This document shows, piece by piece, positions 46,060 through 57,480 of a DNA stretch of 64,000 nucleotides. The position numbers and the translations under genes are program-made. The stretch comes from Eubacteriales bacterium. GTDB taxonomy: Bacteria > Bacillota > Clostridia > Oscillospirales > CAG-272. Below the pieces are notes generated by a model that was not told the origin of the DNA, did no database searches, and saw only the letters and a program-made list of their open reading frames with translations. The stretch covers positions 67,447-131,446 of the forward strand of contig JAZQXP010000057.1 of assembly GCA_045632925.1 (NCBI GenBank), written 5' to 3'. Positions within the stretch are counted from its first letter, which is position 1. Each line of letters begins with the position of its first letter.

Positions 46060-47703
46060 ATGAAAAAGCTGTCATTTTTGCTTGTATTGATCATGATCCT
46101 CGGTGCGTTTTCGTCCTGCACGGGTATCGGAGACGATACGGGGCGGATCGACACCCATTCGCCATCCTTTGATCTTACCTTTGATATCGCAAAGCGCGAG
46201 TATATGCGCGGCGAGACCGTCAGGATAACGGCTCGCGTCAAGAATATCTCGGGTCAGGATCTTACCTACAGCGCCGTTATCGACAGCTATTATCCCGCAA
46301 TAGAGCTATACTGTCAGACAGAGGGCGGCGACGTCGACGCACAGATCAAGCACGAGCCGATAGATACCGTCAGTGGCTTTCAAGACTTCACCGCAAAAGC
46401 CGATCAGGTCGGCGAGAAGGAGTACACTTTTGTCATTCCCAATGACGCAAAGCTCGGCGTATATGCGATCAATTTGAACTATCGCGGCGACGTTTGCACC
46501 TACAAAGACGTGCTTATGATCACCGACCAAACCTCGCAGAATGAAAATTCCGAATACGAATACAGCCCGATCACGGTGAGCTCATCTTCCTCGTCGGTAA
46601 AGCCGATAAGAGCTTACTCGAGCTCATATATTCATCGTGCCGACGGTACCGGCGAGATCGGCGACGGATTGGGTGCCTGGGCGTATTTTGATAAAGAGGG
46701 CACCGATATTTCAACATTCCCCCTGCTTGTTTACGGCGGCGAGGTCTCGATCGAAATTCCCCAATATCACGAGGTCCAAAACGTAGCGGTGTATGACCTC
46801 GAATTCAATCGGCTGAACGGTTTCGTTGCATCTTCCGTCAGAGAGCTCGACTACCTTTCTGCGGGCGATTACATCGTAGTCCTTTCGGTACGGTATATCA
46901 GGAGAGGCAACGGGGATGAGATCGAGCAGTATGAATACGAGGACTTTTTCCGACTTTCCGTACCATCAAAGGATGATCCGCTGAAATCGCAATATAACTA
47001 CAGCAACGTCGGCATCAGATCGGGCGAGGTTACGATTCAGCCGATCCAATGTATGCTCTGGACCGAGGAGCATAAGGGCGGCGAGGTCCTTACGGGCGAC
47101 GGCTTCGGCGTTTCGCAGATCATCGGGAATAAGGAAGACCACAGCTCTTTCCCGACGCTGTTCTATAAGGGAAGCGTGCAGTCCTATCTGCCCGTGAACG
47201 CGTACGTCGCAAGGGTGAAGGTTTACGATACCGACTATAACGAGCTCGATTATTCGTTTGACAGGATCGACGATATCTACACCCTGCTTCCGGGCGAGTA
47301 TCTTGTTGTATTTTACGAGGAGATCGACGGGCGCGGATGTGATCCCGATATCAAGAATTTCACGATCCGCGGAAACGAGTGTATCTTCAAATTTATTGTG
47401 CCCGAAAGCTCCATCGGAAGCTTTTCCTTTGCCAATGAAAGCAAGGTGTATAAAGAAGGCGAGCCCGGCGTGAAGACAACGGGGTTCAAGAACACTGCCG
47501 CAAAGCCTGTCGGTAACAGTAATGAAGCTGCAGATAGGGCGAAGAATGAATGCACCATCGGATATGATACAGTATCCGTGTTGTACGACGGATGGGATGA
47601 CGTATGGTCGGTCACCTTTTACACTCGAGGCACACTCGGCGGCTGTCAGACCGTATACCTCGATAAAAACGGAATCACGCTTCTCATAGTTTACGGAGAA
47701 TAA
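46060..47703 (+). CDS. Lipoprotein paralog with two copies of the roughly 140-aa module and a small C-terminal domain
   Basis: The signal/lipobox is FSSC. The repeated module is recognisable from Y(S)x(V/I)..GDG(L/F)G..FP.L(V/F)Y.G.V..(V)YD..(F/Y)N.L..L.(A/P)G(D/E)Y(I/L)VV. Confidence 0.7.
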   Translation: MKKLSFLLVLIMILGAFSSCTGIGDDTGRIDTHSPSFDLTFDIAKREYMRGETVRITARVKNISGQDLTYSAVIDSYYPAIELYCQTEGGDVDAQIKHEPIDTVSGFQDFTAKADQVGEKEYTFVIPNDAKLGVYAINLNYRGDVCTYKDVLMITDQTSQNENSEYEYSPITVSSSSSSVKPIRAYSSSYIHRADGTGEIGDGLGAWAYFDKEGTDISTFPLLVYGGEVSIEIPQYHEVQNVAVYDLEFNRLNGFVASSVRELDYLSAGDYIVVLSVRYIRRGNGDEIEQYEYEDFFRLSVPSKDDPLKSQYNYSNVGIRSGEVTIQPIQCMLWTEEHKGGEVLTGDGFGVSQIIGNKEDHSSFPTLFYKGSVQSYLPVNAYVARVKVYDTDYNELDYSFDRIDDIYTLLPGEYLVVFYEEIDGRGCDPDIKNFTIRGNECIFKFIVPESSIGSFSFANESKVYKEGEPGVKTTGFKNTAAKPVGNSNEAADRAKNECTIGYDTVSVLYDGWDDVWSVTFYTRGTLGGCQTVYLDKNGITLLIVYGE

Positions 47704-47709
47704 AATAAC

Positions 47710-47748
47710 GAAAACACCCGTGCCGCGGCACGGGTGTTCATATTTATT
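47710..47748. terminator. Bidirectional terminator between convergent surface-protein genes
   Basis: The 11-bp stem ACACCCGTGCC/GGCACGGGTGT has an A-run upstream and a T-rich tail downstream. Confidence 0.85.
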
Positions 47749-47757
47749 ATTTAAAAA

Positions 47758-48975
47758 TTATTTAGCACGAAGCTTCTTGCTTACGATAAGTGCTGCACCA
47801 AAGAGCGAAACAAATGCCGTAATTGCAACTGCCGCGGTATATGTGTCACCTGTTTCGGGGTTCTCCGGTACAACAGGCTCGGTATCTTCTGCAATAAGCT
47901 TGAAGCTTACCTTCGGGATAAAGTTGCCTAATGGATCGTCAGATCTTTGAGAAAGAGCGAGGCGTATGCACTCGTTGTCTTTTGTGGTTACGTATTTATA
48001 AACAACGTATCCGTTTTCCTGAGGAGTCTGGATCTCGTTTGCGACAGATCCGCCTACAGCCAGGTAATTTGCGCCGTTCTCATTGGGTACCCATACACCA
48101 TCGGAGTTCTGTGCCCAGCTTGACAGAGCAAATCCGCCTGCGGTAAGATAGTGGCTTGTTGTCGTATCGACCCATATGATCTCGGTTCCTGCTTTTTCAA
48201 CGCAGATGACCTGAGATGAGAAAATGCCCGCATAAGTCTGAACTACAGCGAATTTTTCGCTGCCGCTTTTATCACTCTCGGTGCCGGAAGAGAAGTATCC
48301 AAAGTTCCACTCAACGTCAAGCTCGATTCCTTCTCTGGTAGCGGAAACCTTCAAAGCGTCTCTTGTGTCATTCTTGAGAATATTCAAAGTATCGAGTGTG
48401 CCTCTTTTGCCTGTAAGCCTGAAGCTGACGATAGGAAGAGCGGCGCCTTTATCATTTTTATTTGAAACGCCGAGAATAAGGCACTCGTTGTCCTTGCTTG
48501 TAACGTATTTGTATGTAACCGTTCCGTCTGCATTCAAATATTCGATATTGTTTGTGTTTTCAGCGCCCTCGTTTCCTTTGAAGTTCGCTCCGCTTGCATC
48601 ACCCTGCCAATAACCGTTGGCATCCTTTACCCAAGAGGAGAGGGAGTAACCGCCCGAGGAGAGGAAATGATTCTTTCCCGTATCGGTCCAGCTTATCTCG
48701 GTTCCTGCCTTTTCAACGCAAATAACGTTTGAATGGAAGATGGTAGCATATTCGACCAACTTATAACGATTGGACGAGCCCGTTCCTATGTATCCGGGAG
48801 ACCACGTAAGCTCCACCGCGATACCTTCTTCGGTAGCTGTTATTTTCTGAGCCTCGCTGTTGTCAACAAAATCCACGGCAGCAGCGGATGCGGGCGAAAC
48901 AATTAGAGACATAGAAGCCATTGATGTCAGTATGAACGCCATGATCAGGCTGATGATCTTTGTTGTGATCTTCAT
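47758..48975 (-). CDS. Secreted cell-wall-anchored protein with two roughly 170-aa internal repeats and an NPXTG-type sorting signal
   Basis: It has an N-terminal signal peptide (..SPASAAA) and a C-terminal ENPETGD followed by a hydrophobic stretch and KKLRAK. The two repeats share VICVEKAGTEI.W.DT and YKYVT.KDNEC. Confidence 0.7.
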   Translation of the reverse strand: MKITTKIISLIMAFILTSMASMSLIVSPASAAAVDFVDNSEAQKITATEEGIAVELTWSPGYIGTGSSNRYKLVEYATIFHSNVICVEKAGTEISWTDTGKNHFLSSGGYSLSSWVKDANGYWQGDASGANFKGNEGAENTNNIEYLNADGTVTYKYVTSKDNECLILGVSNKNDKGAALPIVSFRLTGKRGTLDTLNILKNDTRDALKVSATREGIELDVEWNFGYFSSGTESDKSGSEKFAVVQTYAGIFSSQVICVEKAGTEIIWVDTTTSHYLTAGGFALSSWAQNSDGVWVPNENGANYLAVGGSVANEIQTPQENGYVVYKYVTTKDNECIRLALSQRSDDPLGNFIPKVSFKLIAEDTEPVVPENPETGDTYTAAVAITAFVSLFGAALIVSKKLRAK

Positions 48976-49137
48976 AATTCTTCTCCTTGTTTTTTAAATA
49001 TAATTTTTACATATGTAAAATATTAAGATTATTATAGCACATTTGATTTTCGATTACAATAATTTGAACAAAAAAATTGAACAAATTATTATTTTTAGTA
49101 GATATATACAACTTACACTTCGATTTTTCAGCATTAT

Positions 49138-49174
49138 GAACAATAAGACCTCCTCACCCGAGGGCGAGGAGGCT
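49138..49174 (-). terminator. Terminator of hpf
   Basis: As minus-strand RNA, GCCTCCTCGCC-CTCG-GGTGAGGAGGT forms a hairpin (one G-U pair). A T-rich tail follows. Confidence 0.75.
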
Positions 49175-49217
49175 TCTTCATTACATTAGTGCCCTGCAAT
49201 CTGTCGGTACTGATGAT

Positions 49218-49757
49218 TTATTCTTTATTCTGAGGCACGATAAGACCGTAGTCTCCGTCGCGTCTTGCGTAAACAACGCAGGTCTCGCCCGACTGGTCAT
49301 CCTGGAACACGAAGAATTCGTGTCCGATGAGGTTCATCTGGAGTATAGCCTCTTCAACGGACATGGGCTTGAGATCGAATTCCTTGCGGCGAACAACAAA
49401 GTCTTCCTTCTCGGAAAGCTCGTCAGCCATATCCGACATGCCTGCGGCGATCGCGGCACCTTGAGCGCGGAGTCTCTTTTCGAGCTTCGTCTTGTTCTTG
49501 CGGATCTGGCGGTCGATTGTGTCAACAGCGCGGTCGATCGCGTTGCGGAAGGTCTCATCATCGGTCTCACAGCGGAACAGAGTGTTTGCCGCGGCGATCG
49601 TGATCTCGATGTTCTCACGGTTGCGCTTGCGGCTGAAGGTGAGTGTCGCCTTTTCCTCGGTTGCGAAATACTTGTCAAGCTTCGCAAGCTTCTTTTCGGC
49701 GAGTACCTGCAGATCGCTCGGTACGCTCATGTGTCTGCCAACAACGGTGATTTTCAT
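49218..49757 (-). CDS. hpf: Ribosome hibernation promoting factor, long form
   Basis: MKITVVGRHMSVPSDL is the RaiA/HPF N-terminus, and the C-terminal dimerisation domain reads PMSVEEAILQMNLIGHEFFVF. The start at 49757 follows AGGAGGAAG. Confidence 0.92.
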   Translation of the reverse strand: MKITVVGRHMSVPSDLQVLAEKKLAKLDKYFATEEKATLTFSRKRNRENIEITIAAANTLFRCETDDETFRNAIDRAVDTIDRQIRKNKTKLEKRLRAQGAAIAAGMSDMADELSEKEDFVVRRKEFDLKPMSVEEAILQMNLIGHEFFVFQDDQSGETCVVYARRDGDYGLIVPQNKE

Positions 49758-49925
49758 GTTTTCTTCCTCCTGTACTGTAACTTTGTGCCGTGGTATCATC
49801 CTCCCTCGGTACACCTATATTATAGCATATATTTTGTGCAAAATAAATAGGTTTTTGAAAAAAAATCTGCGATTTTTGTGAATTTGTGCAATTTAACGAA
49901 AAGAAATGCGCAGGCGCATTTTTGA

Positions 49926-52005
<2,080 letters not shown>

Positions 52006-52032
52006 GAGTAAAAAGATAACGTAAATATAAAT

Positions 52033-52075
52033 TACGCCAATATGCCAATAAATGGTATATTGGCGTATATTTTTG
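52033..52075 (+). terminator. ligA terminator
   Basis: The 11-bp stem TACGCCAATAT/ATATTGGCGTA is followed by TATTTTT. Confidence 0.8.
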
Positions 52076-52266
52076 CTTTGTTCACAACAAATTATAAATC
52101 AATCTAATAAAACAGTACAACAAATTTGATACAAATGTCGACAATTAGATAACGGTCGAAATAACACACATTAAATAATCAAATTAAATTTGTCGAAAAA
52201 TTGCCTAAATTGCACAAAAAAGTCGCCGCAGTCCTTTCGCGGAAAAAGAGTCGGAACAAAAACCTC

Positions 52267-52295
52267 TTGACCTCTATGTCATAATATGATATAAT
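52267..52295 (+). promoter_or_regulatory. Strong orphan promoter firing antisense into the amidase gene
   Basis: TTGACC, a 17-nt spacer, then TATAAT with TG at -15/-14. No plus-strand ORF lies between it and rsmI at 52941. Confidence 0.55.
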
Positions 52296-52305
52296 AATGT
52301 AGTTA

Positions 52306-52869
52306 TCATACGCCCGTGTAATCGAGGATGCCCTCGTAGACGCCGCGAGCAAACAGCTCGGGGCGGTCACGCATCAGAGCCGCCTCCTCGGGGTTGCTGA
52401 TAAAGGCAAGCTCAACAAGCACGGCGGGCATCTCGGTCTTGCGCAAAACGTAAAGTCCGCTGCGGACGATGACGCCGCGGTTGCGCAGTCCCGTGTACTC
52501 CGTCACCTCGCGGACTATATCAGCCGCAAGCGAGGCCGATGCAGAAGGCTTGGAGAAAACAAGTGCCTCGGTTCCTTCGGGATCGGGTGAGACCGACGCA
52601 TTCGTATGGAGACTGATGAAGTAATCTGCGCCCCATGAATTGGCTTCCTCGACCCTTCTGCGAAGGCTGCTCGAGACCGAATCTCCAAGCTGTGTTTCGG
52701 GGGTCGGGCGCGAGAGTCTGACCTCAAAATTACCGTTTGCGCGAAGGAGCGCGGCGAGCTCCTGTCCTATGGTGTAAACGAGATTCTGCTCGCGCAGACC
52801 GTTTGCCTCTGCGCCCGCGTTCGGGTTGACCGGATTGTGCCCTTGATCTATGTAGATTTTGATAGCCAT
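52306..52869 (-). CDS. N-acetylmuramoyl-L-alanine amidase (Amidase_3), no signal peptide or wall-binding domain
   Basis: IYIDQGHNP..FISLHTNA..MPAVLVELAFISNPEE. Confidence 0.88.
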   Translation of the reverse strand: MAIKIYIDQGHNPVNPNAGAEANGLREQNLVYTIGQELAALLRANGNFEVRLSRPTPETQLGDSVSSSLRRRVEEANSWGADYFISLHTNASVSPDPEGTEALVFSKPSASASLAADIVREVTEYTGLRNRGVIVRSGLYVLRKTEMPAVLVELAFISNPEEAALMRDRPELFARGVYEGILDYTGV

Positions 52870-52940
52870 AAAGTACCTCACAAAAACGTATTCGGTACAG
52901 TATATTCTGCCGCGTTTTTTTTGTGACGAAAGGAAAAGAT

Positions 52941-53804
52941 ATGTCTTATACTGAAGAAAAAAACAAGGTGGAAAAATCGCTTCTTTACCTCGTTGCGACT
53001 CCGATAGGAAATCTCGCGGATATCACCGAGCGTGCGCTCAAGGTGCTCTCGGAGGTCGATTTCGTTGCCGCGGAGGATACGAGAAATTCGGGGCTCCTTC
53101 TCTCACGACTCGGACTCAAGAAGCCTATGGTCTCCTATCACGATCATAACCGCGCCGAGCGCGGACCCGAGATCGTTGAGCGTCTCAAGGGCGGCGAATC
53201 CTGCGCTCTTATCAGCGATGCGGGAATGCCCGCGATCTCTGATCCGGGAGAGGATCTTGTGGCTCTTTGCGCGAAGGAGGGGATCAGAGTTTCGATAATC
53301 CCCGGTGCTTGCGCGGCAGTTTCCGCGCTGGCTCTTTCCGGTCTTTCAACGAGACGCTTTGCCTTCGAGGGCTTCCTTCCCGCATCGGGTAAGGAGCGTA
53401 AAAAACGCCTTACCGATATATCAAAGGACGAACGCACTCTGATCATTTACGAAGCACCGCACAGACTAAAAAAGACGCTTGCCGAGTTCTGTGAGTATTT
53501 CGGCTCCGACAGAAGGGTCTCGCTCTGCCGCGAGCTTACGAAGCTCAACGAGGAGATACTCCGTATGACACTCTCGGCGGCTTGCGAATATTATGAAAGC
53601 GTCGAGCCCCGCGGAGAATACGTGCTTGTTATCGACGGCGCGCCCGAGGTGAGCGAGGAAGAGGAGAGCGTCAATATTGCCGACCGTGCCGCCGCTCTGA
53701 TGGCGGGAGGAATGTCGCAGAAGGACGCGATCAAAACGATCGTCCGTGAGACGGGACTTCCGAAGAACAAGGTTTATTCAGAGGTTCTTAAAATTAATGA
53801 ATAA
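52941..53804 (+). CDS. rsmI: 16S rRNA (cytidine1402-2'-O)-methyltransferase
   Basis: LYLVATPIGNLADIT.RAL..AAEDTR..SDAGMPAISDPG is the RsmI signature. Confidence 0.92.
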   Translation: MSYTEEKNKVEKSLLYLVATPIGNLADITERALKVLSEVDFVAAEDTRNSGLLLSRLGLKKPMVSYHDHNRAERGPEIVERLKGGESCALISDAGMPAISDPGEDLVALCAKEGIRVSIIPGACAAVSALALSGLSTRRFAFEGFLPASGKERKKRLTDISKDERTLIIYEAPHRLKKTLAEFCEYFGSDRRVSLCRELTKLNEEILRMTLSAACEYYESVEPRGEYVLVIDGAPEVSEEEESVNIADRAAALMAGGMSQKDAIKTIVRETGLPKNKVYSEVLKINE

Positions 53805-53890
53805 ATATTCATTTTTCTATTGATTTTTTGCCGCAAATGTGGTATCATTAATATTATTTTTTCGACACTGATCCATGGAGGATATATATT

Positions 53891-54982
53891 ATGAGTTTTG
53901 TTGTTACAGAAAAGAAAAAGTGTTGTGTTGTCGGCGCGACCGGAATGGTAGGTCAGCGTTTTCTGACCCTTCTTGCCGACCATCCTTATTTTGAAGTTAC
54001 CTGCCTTGCCGCTTCGTCGAGAAGCGCGGGCAAAACATATGCCGAGGCTGTCGGAAACCGTTGGAAGCTTACCGAGCCGATGCCCGAAAAGTTTGCGGAT
54101 ATGGTCGTTCTCGATTCCGCCGAGGTCGACAAGATCGCATCCCTTTGCGATTTCGTTTTCTGCGCCGTTGATATGCCCAAGGCAGAGGTCCGCGCAATGG
54201 AGGAGAATTTCGCACGCCACGAGCTTCCCGTAGTCTCGAACAATTCCGCTTGCCGCGGTGTTGAGGACGTCCCTATGCTTATGCCCGAGATAAACTCGGA
54301 TCACCTTGCCGTCATCGAGACACAGAAAAAGAGACTCGGCACCAAGCGCGGATTTATCGCCGTTAAGCCGAATTGCTCGATCCAGTCCTACGTTCCCATG
54401 CTCACACCCCTGCTTAAGTTTGGACTCAATAAGGTCGTTGCTACCACCTATCAGGCTATTTCCGGCGCGGGCAAGACCTTTGCGGAATGGCCCGAGATGA
54501 TCGACAACGTCATCCCCTTCATCGGCCGTGAAGAGCAGAAGAGCGAGCAGGAGCCCCTCAAGATCTGGGGAAAGGTCGAGAACGGCGTTGTAGTCAATGC
54601 AGATGCTCCGCTGATCACGACTCAGTGCATCCGCGTGCCCGTAACCAACGGTCACACCGCCGCTATCTTTATGAGCTTTGAGAATAAGCCCTCGAAGGAG
54701 GAGATCCTTGCGGCTTGGGCTGAATACAAGGGACTTCCCCAGGAGCTCGGACTTCCGAACGCTCCCGAACAGTTCATCACGTACTTTGAAGAAGATAACC
54801 GTCCTCAGTGCGCTATTGATCGCGAGATCTACGGCGGAATGGGCATCACAGCGGGCAGACTTCGCGAGGACACCATGTTTGACTACAAATTCGTCGGACT
54901 TTCGCACAATACTCTCCGCGGCGCCGCAGGAGGATCGGTACTTAATGCAGAGCTCCTCTACAGACTCGGATACCTTGATTAA
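53891..54982 (+). CDS. asd: Aspartate-semialdehyde dehydrogenase
   Basis: VVGATGMVGQRF (NAD binding), NCSIQ (active-site Cys) and SHNTLRGAAG. Confidence 0.93.
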   Translation: MSFVVTEKKKCCVVGATGMVGQRFLTLLADHPYFEVTCLAASSRSAGKTYAEAVGNRWKLTEPMPEKFADMVVLDSAEVDKIASLCDFVFCAVDMPKAEVRAMEENFARHELPVVSNNSACRGVEDVPMLMPEINSDHLAVIETQKKRLGTKRGFIAVKPNCSIQSYVPMLTPLLKFGLNKVVATTYQAISGAGKTFAEWPEMIDNVIPFIGREEQKSEQEPLKIWGKVENGVVVNADAPLITTQCIRVPVTNGHTAAIFMSFENKPSKEEILAAWAEYKGLPQELGLPNAPEQFITYFEEDNRPQCAIDREIYGGMGITAGRLREDTMFDYKFVGLSHNTLRGAAGGSVLNAELLYRLGYLD

Positions 54983-54984
54983 TA

Positions 54985-55785
54985 ATGAAGAACAGAAATA
55001 TACTTGTTGTAACCTTTTCTCCGGGCGGAGGATGCCTTGAGCTTGCCGATGCGGCAACCGTCATTCTTGACCGCGCGGGATACGAGGTCGAATGCCTCGA
55101 TATCACTTATGCGGAGGACAGGGAAGCGGCGTGCGGGCTTGAGATCCACGTTGATCTTATGCTTATGATCGCGCCCGTTTACCTGCGCCATCTGCCGCCT
55201 CCCGTTGAATTTTTCATCAAGCGCTCGCAACTCTTTGTCGAAAAGGCTGCGCTTGTGCTCGGCTACGGCTCCTGCGGAGTTGGATGCGCTCCCGAGGAGG
55301 CAAGAAAGCTCTTTGATTCCGCCGAGGTACCGCTCTGCAGGATTATGACTTGTCCGCTTTCGCATTCCTTTGCGGATTGCGTTGAGGAAAAGCAGGTCCT
55401 GCCCGACAGCCTTGGCGACGTTGGGGCCTTCATCCTTTCGGTTGCCGCTGACGAGGACAGAGAGGAGCTTCCGATCGCGCCCCACGGATTCGATATTATA
55501 GGAAAGCTTCCTTATGATCTGACGAAGAGGCTTGCCTTCGGATTTCCGAAGACCGTCAGCGCGAACTGCACCTTCTGCGGTACCTGCGCGAAGGTCTGTC
55601 CGACGGAGGCGATCACGCTCGACAAATTCAGAATCGATACCGAGCGTTGTATCGGATGCGGAGCCTGCGTGCGCTCTTGTCCGAAGGGCGCAAAGTCGAT
55701 CAACAGATACCCCTGGACCAAGGCGATCCTCAGAAAAGGCTTCGCCGAGGTCAAATATCCCGAGGAGATCACGGGACAGAAATGA
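54985..55785 (+). CDS. Flavodoxin-like / 2x[4Fe-4S] ferredoxin fusion (EFR1-like)
   Basis: The C-terminus carries CTFCGTCAKVCP and CIGCGACVRSCP. The N-terminus has a flavodoxin-like alpha/beta pattern. Confidence 0.72.
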   Translation: MKNRNILVVTFSPGGGCLELADAATVILDRAGYEVECLDITYAEDREAACGLEIHVDLMLMIAPVYLRHLPPPVEFFIKRSQLFVEKAALVLGYGSCGVGCAPEEARKLFDSAEVPLCRIMTCPLSHSFADCVEEKQVLPDSLGDVGAFILSVAADEDREELPIAPHGFDIIGKLPYDLTKRLAFGFPKTVSANCTFCGTCAKVCPTEAITLDKFRIDTERCIGCGACVRSCPKGAKSINRYPWTKAILRKGFAEVKYPEEITGQK

Positions 55786-55786
55786 C

Positions 55787-55818
55787 AAAAAGTGCCCATG
55801 AAAATTGGGCACTTTTTG
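55787..55818 (+). terminator. Terminator after the ferredoxin gene
   Basis: AAAAAGTGCCCA-loop-TGGGCACTTTTT. Confidence 0.85.
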
Positions 55819-55820
55819 TA

Positions 55821-55849
55821 TTTACATATGGCATATTTTGTGGTATAAT
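55821..55849 (+). promoter_or_regulatory. Promoter of the SGNH lipoprotein gene
   Basis: TTTACA, a 17-nt spacer, then TATAAT with a TGG extension. Confidence 0.7.
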
Positions 55850-55872
55850 GAAAGAAAAAACGGAGAATGGCA

Positions 55873-57480
55873 ATGAAAAAACATATCAGAATCCTGACAG
55901 CTTTAATATCCCTTTTGTTTATCCTTCCTCTGTTCGGCTGTACCGGCGGAGAAGGCGAAGTGACTTCAAGCACTCCCGATCCCGAAAATACACCACCTGC
56001 GGTCACCGATGCACCTGAGACCGATGCACCCGAGACCGTTGCACCCGAGACCGTTGCACCCGAGACAGACGCGCCCGAGACAGAGCCTGCAGAGGTTGTT
56101 GACGACGAGTGGACGGCTTTGAGAAAGAAGGCAGAGGGCGAGGGCATCAAGGTCCTCTTTATCGGCGACAGCCTGACTCATTATAACGATATGCCCGTGA
56201 TATTCGAGGCTCTGTGCCGCGCCGCAGGCAAGAAGGTCACCGCCGCCGCACAGACAAAGGGCGGCACGGGTATTGCGATGTACCGCGAGGATGCCGCGCT
56301 CTGGGAGACGTACAGCAAAAGGATCGCTTCGGATAATTGGGACATCATCATTTTTCAGCCCAACCGCAACAATACCGTTATGACCGAATTCTTCCCCTAC
56401 TATCCCTGGAAGGAATACTCCGCGGCAAAGGACGTCGTTGAGCTGATCAAGGCGGCGGGCGCGATTCCTCTTCAGTACTCGAGCTTCGGCGTGAACAAGG
56501 GATATGTTACCCGCGAAGGAAACACCAAGAGAATGTCCAGAATCGAGCATACGAATCTTGTAACCGCATATAATGCAGCAGTTTCCGAAATGCTCGGAAC
56601 CAAGGCTGTTTACGTCGGCGCAACCTTCAATAAGGTCATCGACGAGCATCCGGGCTACGGAATGTATCATACCGACAATTCGCATCCCTCGGCTACGGGA
56701 AGCTATCTTATCGCGTCGGATTTCTATACCGTGATCTTTGGCGAGGCACCCGTAGACGTTGATTTCACCAACGGACTTGACGCCGAAATTGCAAAGACGC
56801 TCCGTGAAGCCTCCGCAATGCTTCTTGATTACGCTCCCACCGAGAAGGCTGAGATCAAGTACGTCGAGGAGGAAAAGAAGGAGAAGGGCACTCTTACCTT
56901 CGGTTCACACGGCTTTACGGGCATTGCCGCAGAGGGAAAGAGCGGAATGTTTGACGTCACCGAGGACAACAAGACCATCAGCTATACCTACAAGAGCGGC
57001 GACGGCATCATATATTCCTTTGCAACTCTCGACGGAAAGCCCGTCTCGGGAAACAGCCTGATCTTTGAGGCTGACGTTACGATCGGAAAGTATTGCGGAA
57101 GCAAAAACCCGACCGCGGGACTTCAGCTTATCGACGAAAAGGGCAAGACCTACCGCCTCTACCTGCGTACTGCGGGCGGAAACATCACGGGTACGGACAG
57201 CTCGACCGCAACCTTCCATATCCGCACAGACCACGACAGCAGTAAGACGCGTACCGATCTCGGAAGCTTCTCGAATAAGGTCAAGCTTCGCCTCGAGGTC
57301 ACACCCGACTCTATGACCCTCTATACCGACGGTCAGATGTATATGAAGATCACTTATGAGGGCACCGAATTCTTTGACGGCACCAAGACCGACAAGATGA
57401 CCTACGACGGCTCCGACGTTCAGCTCGGACTCGTAACCTGCTATGCGGATACGAGATTCGATAACGTGGTGATTAATTAA
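55873..57480 (+). CDS. Lipoprotein with an SGNH/GDSL hydrolase domain and a C-terminal lectin-like domain
   Basis: The lipobox is LFGC. An (APETx)5 linker follows, then the GDSL block VLFIGDSLT. The C-terminal beta-sandwich-like region is unassigned. Confidence 0.75.
   Translation: MKKHIRILTALISLLFILPLFGCTGGEGEVTSSTPDPENTPPAVTDAPETDAPETVAPETVAPETDAPETEPAEVVDDEWTALRKKAEGEGIKVLFIGDSLTHYNDMPVIFEALCRAAGKKVTAAAQTKGGTGIAMYREDAALWETYSKRIASDNWDIIIFQPNRNNTVMTEFFPYYPWKEYSAAKDVVELIKAAGAIPLQYSSFGVNKGYVTREGNTKRMSRIEHTNLVTAYNAAVSEMLGTKAVYVGATFNKVIDEHPGYGMYHTDNSHPSATGSYLIASDFYTVIFGEAPVDVDFTNGLDAEIAKTLREASAMLLDYAPTEKAEIKYVEEEKKEKGTLTFGSHGFTGIAAEGKSGMFDVTEDNKTISYTYKSGDGIIYSFATLDGKPVSGNSLIFEADVTIGKYCGSKNPTAGLQLIDEKGKTYRLYLRTAGGNITGTDSSTATFHIRTDHDSSKTRTDLGSFSNKVKLRLEVTPDSMTLYTDGQMYMKITYEGTEFFDGTKTDKMTYDGSDVQLGLVTCYADTRFDNVVIN
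56011..56085 (+). repeat. Five tandem 15-bp coding repeats (APETD/V linker)
   Basis: GCACC(T/C)GAGACCG(A/T)T repeats five times with drift, in frame within the lipoprotein gene. Confidence 0.9.

Noticed and set aside
49758-49900. I looked for the raiA RNA motif or another structured leader upstream of hpf.
   Set aside because: The leader is only about 60 nt from a plausible extended -10 promoter. I could not find the multi-stem architecture expected of the roughly 200-nt raiA motif.
52136-52199. Three GTCGA(A/C)A-containing words (TGTCGACAA, GGTCGAAAT, TGTCGAAAA) lie in the A+T-rich ligA-amidase spacer. They could be operator repeats.
   Set aside because: The words are short and degenerate, lie in low-complexity A+T-rich sequence, and have no consistent spacing or palindromy. 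I cannot distinguish them from chance without genome-wide statistics.
56011-56085. Could the 15-bp tandem repeat be a non-coding satellite?
   Set aside because: It is in frame within a lipoprotein gene. It encodes an (APETx)5 Pro/Thr/Glu linker between the lipobox and the SGNH domain, which is ordinary coding low complexity.
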